A stretch of 9,350 bases of DNA from Erysipelotrichaceae bacterium (GTDB taxonomy: Bacteria; Bacillota_I; Bacilli_A; Erysipelotrichales; Coprobacillaceae): contig JAQVDW010000044.1 in assembly GCA_028698185.1 (NCBI GenBank), forward strand, positions 1 to 9,350. The letters are read 5' to 3'. Under the pieces are notes generated by a model. That model was given only the letters and a program-made list of their open reading frames with translations, did not search any database and was not told the DNA's origin. Below are positions 1-6,864 of the stretch, in pieces. How positions within the stretch are numbered: position 1 is the first letter of the stretch; each line of letters opens with the position of its first letter. Both the position numbers and the translations under genes were made by a program.

Positions 1-1280
1 TTCAACAGGGCAAACATGTTCTTCTTGTAGGCTTCAACCCCCGGCTGGTCAAATGGATTGACACCCAGGATATAGCCACTAACTCCACATGCAAACTCGA
101 AGAAGTAAAATAGTTGGCCAAGCACATACTCATCCATTTTTGGAATGGATACAAGCAGATTGGGAACGCCACCTTCAACATGCGCGATAATAGTCCCGTT
201 TTGAGCACACTTGTTGACAAAGTCCAAAGGCTTTTCAACCAGATAATTCAAGCCATCCAGATCGTTGGTTTCCAGATCGATTGTGATATCCTTATCAACA
301 TTTTGAACATTGATGACCGTTTCAAAAATGGTCCGGCTACCATCCTGGACAAACTGACCTAGTGAGTGCAAATCGGTAGAATAATCAACCGAGGCCGGAT
401 AAATACCTTTTCCGTCCTTGCCTTCCGATTCCCCCATCAATTGTTTCCACCACTCACTTAGGTAGTGAAGATTGGGTTCATAGTTCGCCAATATTTCGAT
501 CATCTTTCCTTTGCGATTTAGTATGTTGCGCAAAGAAGCATACAATAGGGCATCATCCACATCATTTTCTATTATATGGTTGCGATAATCAAAAGCGCCC
601 CGCATCAGCTCATCAATATCGCTGCCATTGACTGCTATCGGCAGCAATCCGACCGCGCTCAATACGGTAAATCGGCCGCCGACATCATCAGGGATGACAA
701 ACTTCTGATACCCTTCGCTTGTTGCCAGCTGATACAAAGCCCCGCGGGCTTTATCCGTAGTTGCATAAATTCTAGATCTGGCATTATCTTCACCATACTT
801 TTCAACCAGCAGTTTTTTTAATACCCTAAAGGCAAGCGCCGGTTCGGTTGTCGTCCCGGATTTGGAAATGACATTAATTGAAAAATCCCGATCCCCGATG
901 ACTTTGATCAAATCAAAAAGATAGCTCCCGGAAATGTTATGGCCTGCAAAATAAATTTCGATGTCGTCGCGGGTCTGATTTGAAAAATTGTCATTGAGAA
1001 AGGATATTGCAGCCTTTGATCCCAGGTATGAACCACCGATTCCGATAACGACAAACACCTTTGAGTCCGACCTGATCTTCTGGGCAGCGGTTTTTATCCG
1101 CTCAAACTCCTTGTAGTCGTAGCTTACCGGCAAATCGATCCACCCCAGCATTTCACTGCCGGTGCCAGTCCTGTTCAGGAGTGCCTTTTTCGCCACTTTG
1201 GCTGTATCAACCATTATTTCTATTTCTTTGTCATTGATAAAATCCCTTGCTCTGTCATATGAAAATTTAACTCTATTCAT
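1..1280 (-). CDS. pgi: glucose-6-phosphate isomerase, 3' end truncated by the left window edge (about 426 codons visible)
   Basis: Missing from the ORF track because it has no in-window stop. Manual reverse-complement translation from the ATG at 1280..1278 stays open down to position 3. It reads [14 protein letters not shown]...[14 protein letters not shown]...[14 protein letters not shown]...[21 protein letters not shown]...[16 protein letters not shown]...[14 protein letters not shown]...[19 protein letters not shown], which contains the canonical PGI signature blocks of the ~450 aa Gram-positive type. An AAGGGG SD-like motif lies 6 nt upstream. The ATG overlaps the srlB stop codon. Confidence 0.95.
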   Translation of the reverse strand, partial: MNRVKFSYDRARDFINDKEIEIMVDTAKVAKKALLNRTGTGSEMLGWIDLPVSYDYKEFERIKTAAQKIRSDSKVFVVIGIGGSYLGSKAAISFLNDNFSNQTRDDIEIYFAGHNISGSYLFDLIKVIGDRDFSINVISKSGTTTEPALAFRVLKKLLVEKYGEDNARSRIYATTDKARGALYQLATSEGYQKFVIPDDVGGRFTVLSAVGLLPIAVNGSDIDELMRGAFDYRNHIIENDVDDALLYASLRNILNRKGKMIEILANYEPNLHYLSEWWKQLMGESEGKDGKGIYPASVDYSTDLHSLGQFVQDGSRTIFETVINVQNVDKDITIDLETNDLDGLNYLVEKPLDFVNKCAQNGTIIAHVEGGVPNLLVSIPKMDEYVLGQLFYFFEFACGVSGYILGVNPFDQPGVEAYKKNMFALL

Positions 1281-1653
1281 GCTCCACCCCTTGATTGAAT
1301 ATCTTGATTTGGGTTCCGTTTCCTATTTCCGGAATCTGGTTTTTTTCCACAACAATCGTTCCTGGCAGCACGCTTTCATTTTCGCCGGTAAAGGCAATTG
1401 TCAAGTGGCCAAGTGATTCGAGGTTTTTTTGGGCCACTTCGCCGACTGCCGTGATTTTGTAATGATTGGTTCCGATTTCAATAGTCTGTCCTACTTCAAT
1501 AACATCGCGAGCTTTTTTGATGTCAATAGTGTAGCAGTAATCCTTCAATGTCGCAGGCGCATTTTCACCAAAGAAGATTACAATTCCTTCCTCTAAAAAC
1601 GTGCTCGCCAATGCTCCATAGCCGTTTATTGTATTTTCATAAATATATTCCAT
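1273..1653 (-). CDS. srlB: PTS glucitol/sorbitol-specific EIIA component
   Basis: The product [17 protein letters not shown]...[14 protein letters not shown]...[27 protein letters not shown]...PGTI is collinear with E. coli SrlB (EIIA-Gut family), for example GAPADLEEYCF and VTAVGSVAEDNLRELGHVTLRFDG. The track start at 1671 is a TTG. The ATG at 1653 has an AAAGGA SD about 9 nt upstream and lies 14 nt after the gutR TGA, so I prefer it (126 aa). Confidence 0.9.
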   Translation of the reverse strand: MEYIYENTINGYGALASTFLEEGIVIFFGENAPATLKDYCYTIDIKKARDVIEVGQTIEIGTNHYKITAVGEVAQKNLESLGHLTIAFTGENESVLPGTIVVEKNQIPEIGNGTQIKIFNQGVEHE

Positions 1654-1667
1654 GATACTTATTCCTT

Positions 1668-3569
1668 TCAATTTGCTTCATTGTTAATCATATATAGATA
1701 GAATTCTTTGCTGCTTGCCAGAGCACTGATCTGGTCAATCATGTTCGGGTCATGTGAACAATTGAGTATCTCGTTGTAAACTCCAAACAATATCTCATCG
1801 TTTATCTCATCATTCTCCGGTAAACCCAAAATAAATATCAGTTTGGCTTGCGAGTCGTTTTTCTTGCGGGGTACAACCCCCATTGCCAGGACGATATGAT
1901 TGCCCTGATAGGTGAAGTGTGGGAAGTAGATGGCATTGGACACTTTCAATGAACCTTGTTGCCACCTTTTTTGATAAGCTTTGACAAAATCGTCGCTTAC
2001 GATACCGTCGCTTTGCAGGTATTCGATCATCATCAAGGCATTCTGGTGATCGTCTTTATCATGGTCTAGCAAGAAGAAACGGTCGGATTCCAGAAGCGTT
2101 ACCAGATACGAATTGATGTTCGTATTGATTGAAAAATCGAGATGCTGCGAATATACCACACGTCTTATCGAATTGGACATCTCCTGGTCATCGCAATATT
2201 CCTTGACCTTGACAACCGGAAGATCAATCTTGACATCAAGATCCTGGGTTGCCACAAGAAGCGAAAATTGAGTACTGTCAAGATCGGCCAATTCATAATC
2301 GCTGATCAGCTGATATGATGTGCTATCGGGAAGAATTCGGCGCAACTGCATTTCAAGCATCTTGCCGGTGATCCGGTTGTCTCCCGTTACCAATGCCACC
2401 TTTTTTTTGTTCGTGAGTTGGTTGTTTTGTTCATACATCACATTGAGATAGATTGTAAGATAATTGAATTCAGTCGGTGTCACTTCCAATTCTGTATTGG
2501 CATAAATCACCTCGCTGGCAATTTGCGCCATTTTGAATGCGACTGGATATTTTTCCCGAAGATCGACTATCGTACTGTTTTCAAGATGGTACTCATATTT
2601 TAGTCTTTCCAGCATGAAATTGAGATGATACATGAAATCCTCGAGCATATCGGTCGGGATGATGTTGAAATTCATCCGCAATTTGATCTCATCCAGGATT
2701 TTTGTCACCAGCTCCCCGGTTTGGGGGCTGACGTCAATCTTGCTTCTTGCATTTTTCGACATCGGGGTCCGCATTCCAATCAGCGGAATCGCAATGTATA
2801 TCATTTCTTCTTCGCTGAATTCTATCATCAACAACTTCGCGATTGATTCACAGAAGCTGCTAACCAATTGAAAAATCGGATTGTCTTTGATCTGGTAGTA
2901 TTTGGAATCCAGTTTGGACATCGGGTAGTCGTTGATGTTGCGATCCAAGGCGATCACGAAAGATTTGGTGAAATTGTCCCGGGTCATTTTCTCGATCTCG
3001 TTATCTTTGAAAAACAGGTTTAGCAAATCAGAGATATCATGATCGAGATGATAACTGGCATAGTTCAATTGATAACAGTGATCCTGTAGGAAACAGCGGA
3101 TATGGAATTCATCTCCTTCAAGATGGATGCCACTATTGGTCTTCCCGACAATCTCCAATCGATATGGTTTAAGCAGGCATTTCAACTTGTTGATATCATA
3201 GATTAGGGTCGTCCGACCGATGTTCAAATCGTCGGCCAAATCATCAAGAATGACCGGGCCCACACTGTTGATCAAGGTGACAAATATATGCGCCAACCGC
3301 AATACCGGCGAGTTCATACTGAGATAATCATTTTCAAGCATTTTCCTGCGCTTGGCAAAAAGTATATTGTCCAGAATATAAAGTCTGAGTTTACCACCAT
3401 TATTGTTTATGATTGCGACACCATCCAGCAGCTCATTAATATCGTTGATGGCCGTCCTTACGGTACGGGTGGAGACATTGAGCACCCGCGCCAAGGCTTC
3501 CAGATCCATGACCTTAGATATTTCCAGCAATTCGATTATTTTTGTGTTGCGATCCTGATTTTCTAACAT
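1668..3569 (-). CDS. gutR: PRD-domain transcriptional activator of the sorbitol operon (MtlR/LicR/GutR type: N-terminal HTH, Mga-like HTH, two PRD-like domains, EIIB-like and EIIA-like domains); automated pipelines would label it a BglG-family antiterminator
   Basis: A 633 aa ORF from the ATG at 3569, with a GGAGGA SD 7 nt upstream. The track start at 3584 is a GTG inside that SD. The N-terminus (KIIELLEISKVMDLEALARVLNVSTRTVRTAINDINELL) is a winged-helix DNA-binding motif. A PRD signature FMYHLNFMLERL follows. The C-terminus (AIYFPHFTYQGNHIVLAMGV...LIFILGLPE) looks like an EIIA(Mtl/Ntr) fold. Its position inside a gut operon next to gutM matches the Lactobacillus casei and Streptococcus mutans GutR arrangement. 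Confidence 0.85.
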   Translation of the reverse strand: MLENQDRNTKIIELLEISKVMDLEALARVLNVSTRTVRTAINDINELLDGVAIINNNGGKLRLYILDNILFAKRRKMLENDYLSMNSPVLRLAHIFVTLINSVGPVILDDLADDLNIGRTTLIYDINKLKCLLKPYRLEIVGKTNSGIHLEGDEFHIRCFLQDHCYQLNYASYHLDHDISDLLNLFFKDNEIEKMTRDNFTKSFVIALDRNINDYPMSKLDSKYYQIKDNPIFQLVSSFCESIAKLLMIEFSEEEMIYIAIPLIGMRTPMSKNARSKIDVSPQTGELVTKILDEIKLRMNFNIIPTDMLEDFMYHLNFMLERLKYEYHLENSTIVDLREKYPVAFKMAQIASEVIYANTELEVTPTEFNYLTIYLNVMYEQNNQLTNKKKVALVTGDNRITGKMLEMQLRRILPDSTSYQLISDYELADLDSTQFSLLVATQDLDVKIDLPVVKVKEYCDDQEMSNSIRRVVYSQHLDFSINTNINSYLVTLLESDRFFLLDHDKDDHQNALMMIEYLQSDGIVSDDFVKAYQKRWQQGSLKVSNAIYFPHFTYQGNHIVLAMGVVPRKKNDSQAKLIFILGLPENDEINDEILFGVYNEILNCSHDPNMIDQISALASSKEFYLYMINNEAN

Positions 3570-3578
3570 TGCAATGTC

Positions 3579-3619
3579 CTCCACTGCCTAGATTATATCA
3601 TATTAATCAGGCGGTGGAG
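3579..3619 (-). promoter_or_regulatory. Imperfect inverted repeat / RNA hairpin in the srlD-gutR spacer whose 3' arm covers the gutR Shine-Dalgarno
   Basis: The minus strand reads CTCCACCGCC-T-GATTA-atatgata-TAATC-TA-GGCAGTGGAG. The outer stem pairs 9 of 10 positions and is GC-rich. The inner stem is 5 bp (GATTA/TAATC). The 3' arm GGCAGTGGAG runs directly into GGAGGA, the gutR SD. No T-tract follows, so this is not an intrinsic terminator. Confidence 0.55.
3592..3600 (-). promoter_or_regulatory. Candidate extended -10 promoter element (TGATATAAT) upstream of gutR-srlB-pgi
   Basis: The minus strand reads TGATATAAT, a perfect TATAAT hexamer with the TGn extension. It sits 22 nt upstream of the gutR ATG. 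The -35 position (ACTCCA at 17 nt spacing) is poor, which an extended -10 can tolerate. This rests on a motif match only. Confidence 0.35.
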
Positions 3620-3632
3620 TCCTTTGAGTTCG

Positions 3633-4445
3633 TTACCCGCGGGTTTTTCCACCAGCCACGTTGATGGTTATCCCATGAACGTATGAAGCTTTGTCGCTTG
3701 CGAGGTAGCAGACTAAATCCGCCGCTTCTTTGAGTTTACCAGATCTTCCCAGGGGTGTTGTCGAAGTAGAAGAGTATCCGCTTCGCAATTTGTCCACCGA
3801 GATGCCCCTTGTATATGCCAAGGCTTCTTCATAGGAATCGGTTCTTAGTCCAGTGGCCTCCATGATACCAGGAGCGACACCGACAATCCGCACCCCTTTT
3901 TTACCAAGTTCCTTGGCCCATGAACGGGTCAGGGAATTCACCGCGTTCTTGCTGGCCGCGTAGATTGATTGCCCTTCGGAACCTTCCAATCCGCATTCGC
4001 TCGACATGTTTACAATGACCCCGGAACCTTTTTTGACCATTTCCCGACCGGCAACCTGGGCAGTCAGGTAAACTCCTTTTACATTTACATCCATAATCTT
4101 GTTGTAGACACTCTCATCGAGCTCGAATACCGACAAAGGCTGCTTGTCATCGACCAGAAGCCTAGGTATATTGATCCCGGCATTGTTGACAAGAATATCA
4201 ATCGTGTGGAACTTGTCCACGGTTTTTTTGACCATGTTTTCAATCGACGGTTTATCAGTCACATCAGTAGCGACATACAGGTAGTTTTCCATATTGTCGA
4301 ACTCTTCTGGCCCGCTGCTTGCCATATCGGCCACAACGACATTCGCTTTCAGGTCCAAAAATTCCTTAGCGATAGCTTTTCCGATTCCTGATGCGCCACC
4401 TGTAACAATAACTGTTTTTCCTTCAATATTTAACCAATCTTTCAT
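3633..4445 (-). CDS. srlD: sorbitol-6-phosphate 2-dehydrogenase (short-chain dehydrogenase/reductase family)
   Basis: A 270 aa ORF with the SDR hallmarks TGGASGIGKAI (cofactor loop), LVNNAGI, and the catalytic Ser...YAASK (YxxxK). A GAGGAG SD lies 7 nt upstream of the ATG. Its position immediately after the Gut PTS permease genes supports the substrate assignment, although substrate specificity is inferred from context. Confidence 0.88.
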   Translation of the reverse strand: MKDWLNIEGKTVIVTGGASGIGKAIAKEFLDLKANVVVADMASSGPEEFDNMENYLYVATDVTDKPSIENMVKKTVDKFHTIDILVNNAGINIPRLLVDDKQPLSVFELDESVYNKIMDVNVKGVYLTAQVAGREMVKKGSGVIVNMSSECGLEGSEGQSIYAASKNAVNSLTRSWAKELGKKGVRIVGVAPGIMEATGLRTDSYEEALAYTRGISVDKLRSGYSSTSTTPLGRSGKLKEAADLVCYLASDKASYVHGITINVAGGKTRG

Positions 4446-4469
4446 TTTCTATCTCCTCGATTTTTTACT

Positions 4470-5471
4470 TTAATATAATCCGATGCTTGCAACCCATGCC
4501 ACAAGAACCCGAGGCACACCTGTCAAGAATCTTGAATACAATACCGAAGGCACTCCAACTTCTACCGTTTCCGGTTGCGCGTCCGCCAGCCCCAGGCCTA
4601 CTGGAATGAAATCACATGCTGCTTGGGTGTTGATTGCCATCAGTGCCGGTAATGCCAATGAAGGTGGAATGTTTCCTTTTCCGATCTCGACTCCGATCAT
4701 CGTTCCGATAACTTGAGCAATAACCGCTCCAGGGCCAAGCAACGCCGAGAGGATTGGAATAGAACAGATGAATCCCAAGACAACCAGCCCGAAGCCATTG
4801 CCAGCCAATGGGGTGAGCATCCGTGAGAACCAGTTCCCAAAACCTGATCCGTTGATGACCCCGATGAGCATTGCAACGAATGCCATGAACGGCAGAATCG
4901 TGGTGATCAAAGTCTGGACCGCATCACGACCTGATTGATATAGGATATTAACTACTTTACCTACGCCCATACCAACCTTTTGGACAATGGTATTGGTCGA
5001 ATTGGCACTGATTGTTTCCGAAACTTTCTTGTCAGCACTGTACTTGAACTCGCGTTGGTCAGTCTGTAGGTTTGAGACTGCCGCAATCTCTACATTTTCT
5101 GCCAGGGAGATTTGATTGAGTCCTACAGCCGAGACATAGATATCTTCAGTTATGAATTTTGCCAATGGCCCCGATTTTCCCACCGGCATTACATTGATAG
5201 TCGGAATTCTCTTTTGGGGATAAATGCCGCACCGCAACGTCCCGCCGCAATCGATGATCGCTAAGAACACTCTGTCATCATCAACCCCTTCTTTGAATCC
5301 GTTGACCGCTTTGCAGCCGGTCAGCTCGACAATTTTATCCACGATATCCGGACGGGCACCACCGCCGGTGATGAATAACAACGTGTCTTTTTGTTCAGTC
5401 GGTTTGACGGTCAAAGGGCCTCCAAATCCGCCACTTCCTTTTACAATCTTGATTGCATTATATTTAGTCAT
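4470..5471 (-). CDS. srlE: PTS glucitol/sorbitol-specific EIIBC component
   Basis: A 333 aa ORF with an N-terminal soluble domain ([12 protein letters not shown]...FITGGGARP...[14 protein letters not shown]) and C-terminal membrane helices, as in the SrlE family. A GGAGGA SD lies 7 nt upstream. It starts 12 nt after the srlA stop. Confidence 0.93.
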   Translation of the reverse strand: MTKYNAIKIVKGSGGFGGPLTVKPTEQKDTLLFITGGGARPDIVDKIVELTGCKAVNGFKEGVDDDRVFLAIIDCGGTLRCGIYPQKRIPTINVMPVGKSGPLAKFITEDIYVSAVGLNQISLAENVEIAAVSNLQTDQREFKYSADKKVSETISANSTNTIVQKVGMGVGKVVNILYQSGRDAVQTLITTILPFMAFVAMLIGVINGSGFGNWFSRMLTPLAGNGFGLVVLGFICSIPILSALLGPGAVIAQVIGTMIGVEIGKGNIPPSLALPALMAINTQAACDFIPVGLGLADAQPETVEVGVPSVLYSRFLTGVPRVLVAWVASIGLY

Positions 5472-5483
5472 TTTTCTATCCTC

Positions 5484-6035
5484 CTATGCCACTACAACCT
5501 GGGTATCGTCCAGTTCGATTTTTGTCTGTTTCATAACCATTTTTGTTGTCAGGTCAGTCGCCCAGCCCGAAACGAAATTCATCACTAGCCCAACCAGCAA
5601 GTAGCGCACTGCCAGAGGGGTTGTTGACAGGCCTAACTGGCTGACACCATTGGCAATTCCCAGGTAAATGAAGATTTCACCGACATTAATATGGGGGAAA
5701 ATCCCGCTGTTTGTATGGCAATGGAATGACGCTGAAGCATAATAGCTTGGCTTCATCCGCTCCGGCAGGAATTTACCGATTGATAACGCCATCGGATTGC
5801 CTAACATGAATGCGGCAACGAATGGCAGTATTCCATACGCCAACACGACATTTTTAGAGCATAATCTTGCAAACTTGTTGATTCTCTCTTGCCCGATGAA
5901 TGCGATCAAAGCATTCATGAACACTAACAACAATAATACTTTAGGCACAATACCTACGACCCAAGATGCGAAGGTTGCCGCACCCGAATCGAAAAGACCC
6001 ATAAAACCTGACGCCAAATCCACTAGAATTTCCAT
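5484..6035 (-). CDS. srlA: PTS glucitol/sorbitol-specific EIIC component
   Basis: A 183 aa hydrophobic ORF. The blocks FMNALIAFIGQERINKFA, GKFLPERMKPSYYASASFHCHTNSGIFPHINVGEIFIYLGIA and LAVRYLLVGLVMNFVSGWATDLTT align closely with E. coli SrlA ([81 protein letters not shown]). An AAGGAG SD is present. Confidence 0.95.
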   Translation of the reverse strand: MEILVDLASGFMGLFDSGAATFASWVVGIVPKVLLLLVFMNALIAFIGQERINKFARLCSKNVVLAYGILPFVAAFMLGNPMALSIGKFLPERMKPSYYASASFHCHTNSGIFPHINVGEIFIYLGIANGVSQLGLSTTPLAVRYLLVGLVMNFVSGWATDLTTKMVMKQTKIELDDTQVVVA

Positions 6036-6053
6036 TTTCTTCTTCTCCTTAAC

Positions 6054-6503
6054 TTAATCGATTTGTTTTTTTGTAAACATGTGAAACAACTTGCTTATGC
6101 CACTTTCCTTTTCCAGGATTTCGCCACCTTCCTGAAAAATCTGATAATTATTTGCCGCTTCGCTTACAGCTTTGATGATCGGACGCGGGAGTCTGATGCT
6201 TTTGCAGTATCTTGCATCGATCTTTTCGATCGGCAAACCCTCGAATCCACCCAGCGACTTGAAACGGGCAAATACGGTCACTCCTTGCATGATTTTGCCT
6301 TCGATGATTACACCATCTTCGCCGACACTGAACATCACGATGGCCCCGGCAAAGAAACTCCCCTTATAGGAGCCAATTGCGACCCGGCCTTGGTTTTTCA
6401 ATAACCGGTACGCACCATTGAAGCTTCTGATCTGCATGAAAGTAAACAAATACTGCAACATGAACGCAATAATAAAAATAATAATCAATGGTACTAGATT
6501 CAT
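6054..6503 (-). CDS. gutM: glucitol operon activator protein GutM
   Basis: A 149 aa ORF with a single N-terminal transmembrane helix (LVPLIIIFIIAFMLQYLF) followed by FMQIRSFNGAYRLLKNQGRVAIG...G, typical of the GutM family. It is the first gene of the gut operon. An AAGGAGG SD lies 7 nt upstream of the ATG. Confidence 0.85.
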   Translation of the reverse strand: MNLVPLIIIFIIAFMLQYLFTFMQIRSFNGAYRLLKNQGRVAIGSYKGSFFAGAIVMFSVGEDGVIIEGKIMQGVTVFARFKSLGGFEGLPIEKIDARYCKSIRLPRPIIKAVSEAANNYQIFQEGGEILEKESGISKLFHMFTKKQID

Positions 6504-6561
6504 AACTGATCCTCCTTATTAACCATCAACCGAATGTAACCGGTTATACTTTCCTTGGCTG

Positions 6562-6572
6562 ATTACAATTTA
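6562..6572. repeat. copy 1 of a perfect 11-bp direct repeat ATTACAATTTA (minus strand TAAATTGTAAT)
   Basis: Matches 6696..6706 exactly, 134 bp away. Both copies lie in the gut control region. Confidence 0.8.
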
Positions 6573-6621
6573 CCATCTTCAATCGCTTTATTTAATACGG
6601 ACAATTTCCCGAAAAGTGCAA

Positions 6622-6635
6622 TCAAAGCGCTATCA
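6622..6635. promoter_or_regulatory. candidate catabolite-responsive element (cre, CcpA site)
   Basis: The plus strand TCAAAGCGCTATCA matches the cre consensus TGWAANCGNTNWCA at 13 of 14 positions. The single mismatch is the conserved G at position 2. It lies in the gut control region, where carbon catabolite repression of a sorbitol operon would be expected. Confidence 0.35.
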
Positions 6636-6695
6636 ATGATTTTCAGCGAATTTCAAAGTAAATGAAAAAAAACGACCTATTCAAAGTCGCTAGAA

Positions 6696-6706
6696 ATTAC
6701 AATTTA
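6696..6706. repeat. copy 2 of a perfect 11-bp direct repeat ATTACAATTTA
   Basis: Matches 6562..6572 exactly. It directly abuts the TCAAAGTCGCTA repeat copy. Confidence 0.8.
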
Positions 6707-6742
6707 TCGTTACTCTTTTCGTTCCTAATCCAAAAGCTCATG

Positions 6743-6810
6743 AAAATAATAAAAACCCGGAAAATCCATGAACCAAAGATCTTTCGGGATTGGATACTAA
6801 ATAGTATCCA
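6743..6810 (-). terminator. probable rho-independent terminator region ending the kinase-aldolase-epimerase operon
   Basis: Read on the minus strand downstream of the epimerase stop, there are two hairpins. The first is TGGATACTA-TT-TAGTATCCA (6791..6810). The second is CCCGAAA...(18 nt)...TTT(C)CGGG (6756..6788). The second is followed immediately by TTTTTATTATTTT (6743..6755). It has a large loop and one bulge, so its predicted strength is moderate. Confidence 0.55.
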
Positions 6811-6864
6811 TTGTCATAAAATTTATAAGATGGGTTTTGCTTACTTGTTACAAAGTGGATTTCT

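Larger units (their letters stand above)
6504..6742 (-). promoter_or_regulatory. gut operon control region (promoter not pinned down; contains repeats and a cre-like site)
   Basis: This is the only sizeable non-coding stretch upstream of gutM, lying downstream of the preceding operon's terminator. The best -10 candidate on the minus strand is TATAAC (6543..6548), with no good -35. The 11-bp repeat TAAATTGTAAT overlaps the -35 position, which would fit an activator-dependent promoter. An alternative -10 is TATTAA (about 6592..6597). I cannot choose between them from sequence alone. Confidence 0.5.

Noticed and set aside
2-821. Track ORFs 2..238 (-), 114..362 (+) and 576..821 (+), together with 1162..1416 (+).
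   Set aside because: All lie within the manually recovered pgi reading frame, which carries the complete set of PGI signature blocks. 1162..1416 also runs into srlB. They are alternative-frame or antisense artefacts.
2401-2408. An A8/T8 homopolymer inside gutR, encoding the KKK linker between PRD2 and the EIIB-like domain. I considered it as a possible slipped-strand phase-variation switch that would truncate the regulator.
   Set aside because: Eight nucleotides is at the low end for functional phase variation, and Lys-rich linkers in AT-rich genomes routinely produce such runs. Without population or variant data there is no support.
6537-6546. A perfect 10-bp palindrome, TAACCGGTTA, overlapping the candidate -10/TSS of the gut promoter.
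   Set aside because: A 10-bp palindrome is not statistically surprising in a region of about 240 bp, and I recognise no matching operator consensus. I note it only as a possible operator.
6504-6560. A search for a RAT/terminator antitermination leader upstream of gutM, since regulators of this type are often annotated as BglG-family antiterminators.
   Set aside because: The leader has only a 5-bp AACCG/CGGTT hairpin with no T-tract. The regulator has N-terminal DNA-binding HTH domains rather than a CAT RNA-binding domain. It is therefore an activator-type (MtlR/LicR-like) system, not an antitermination system.
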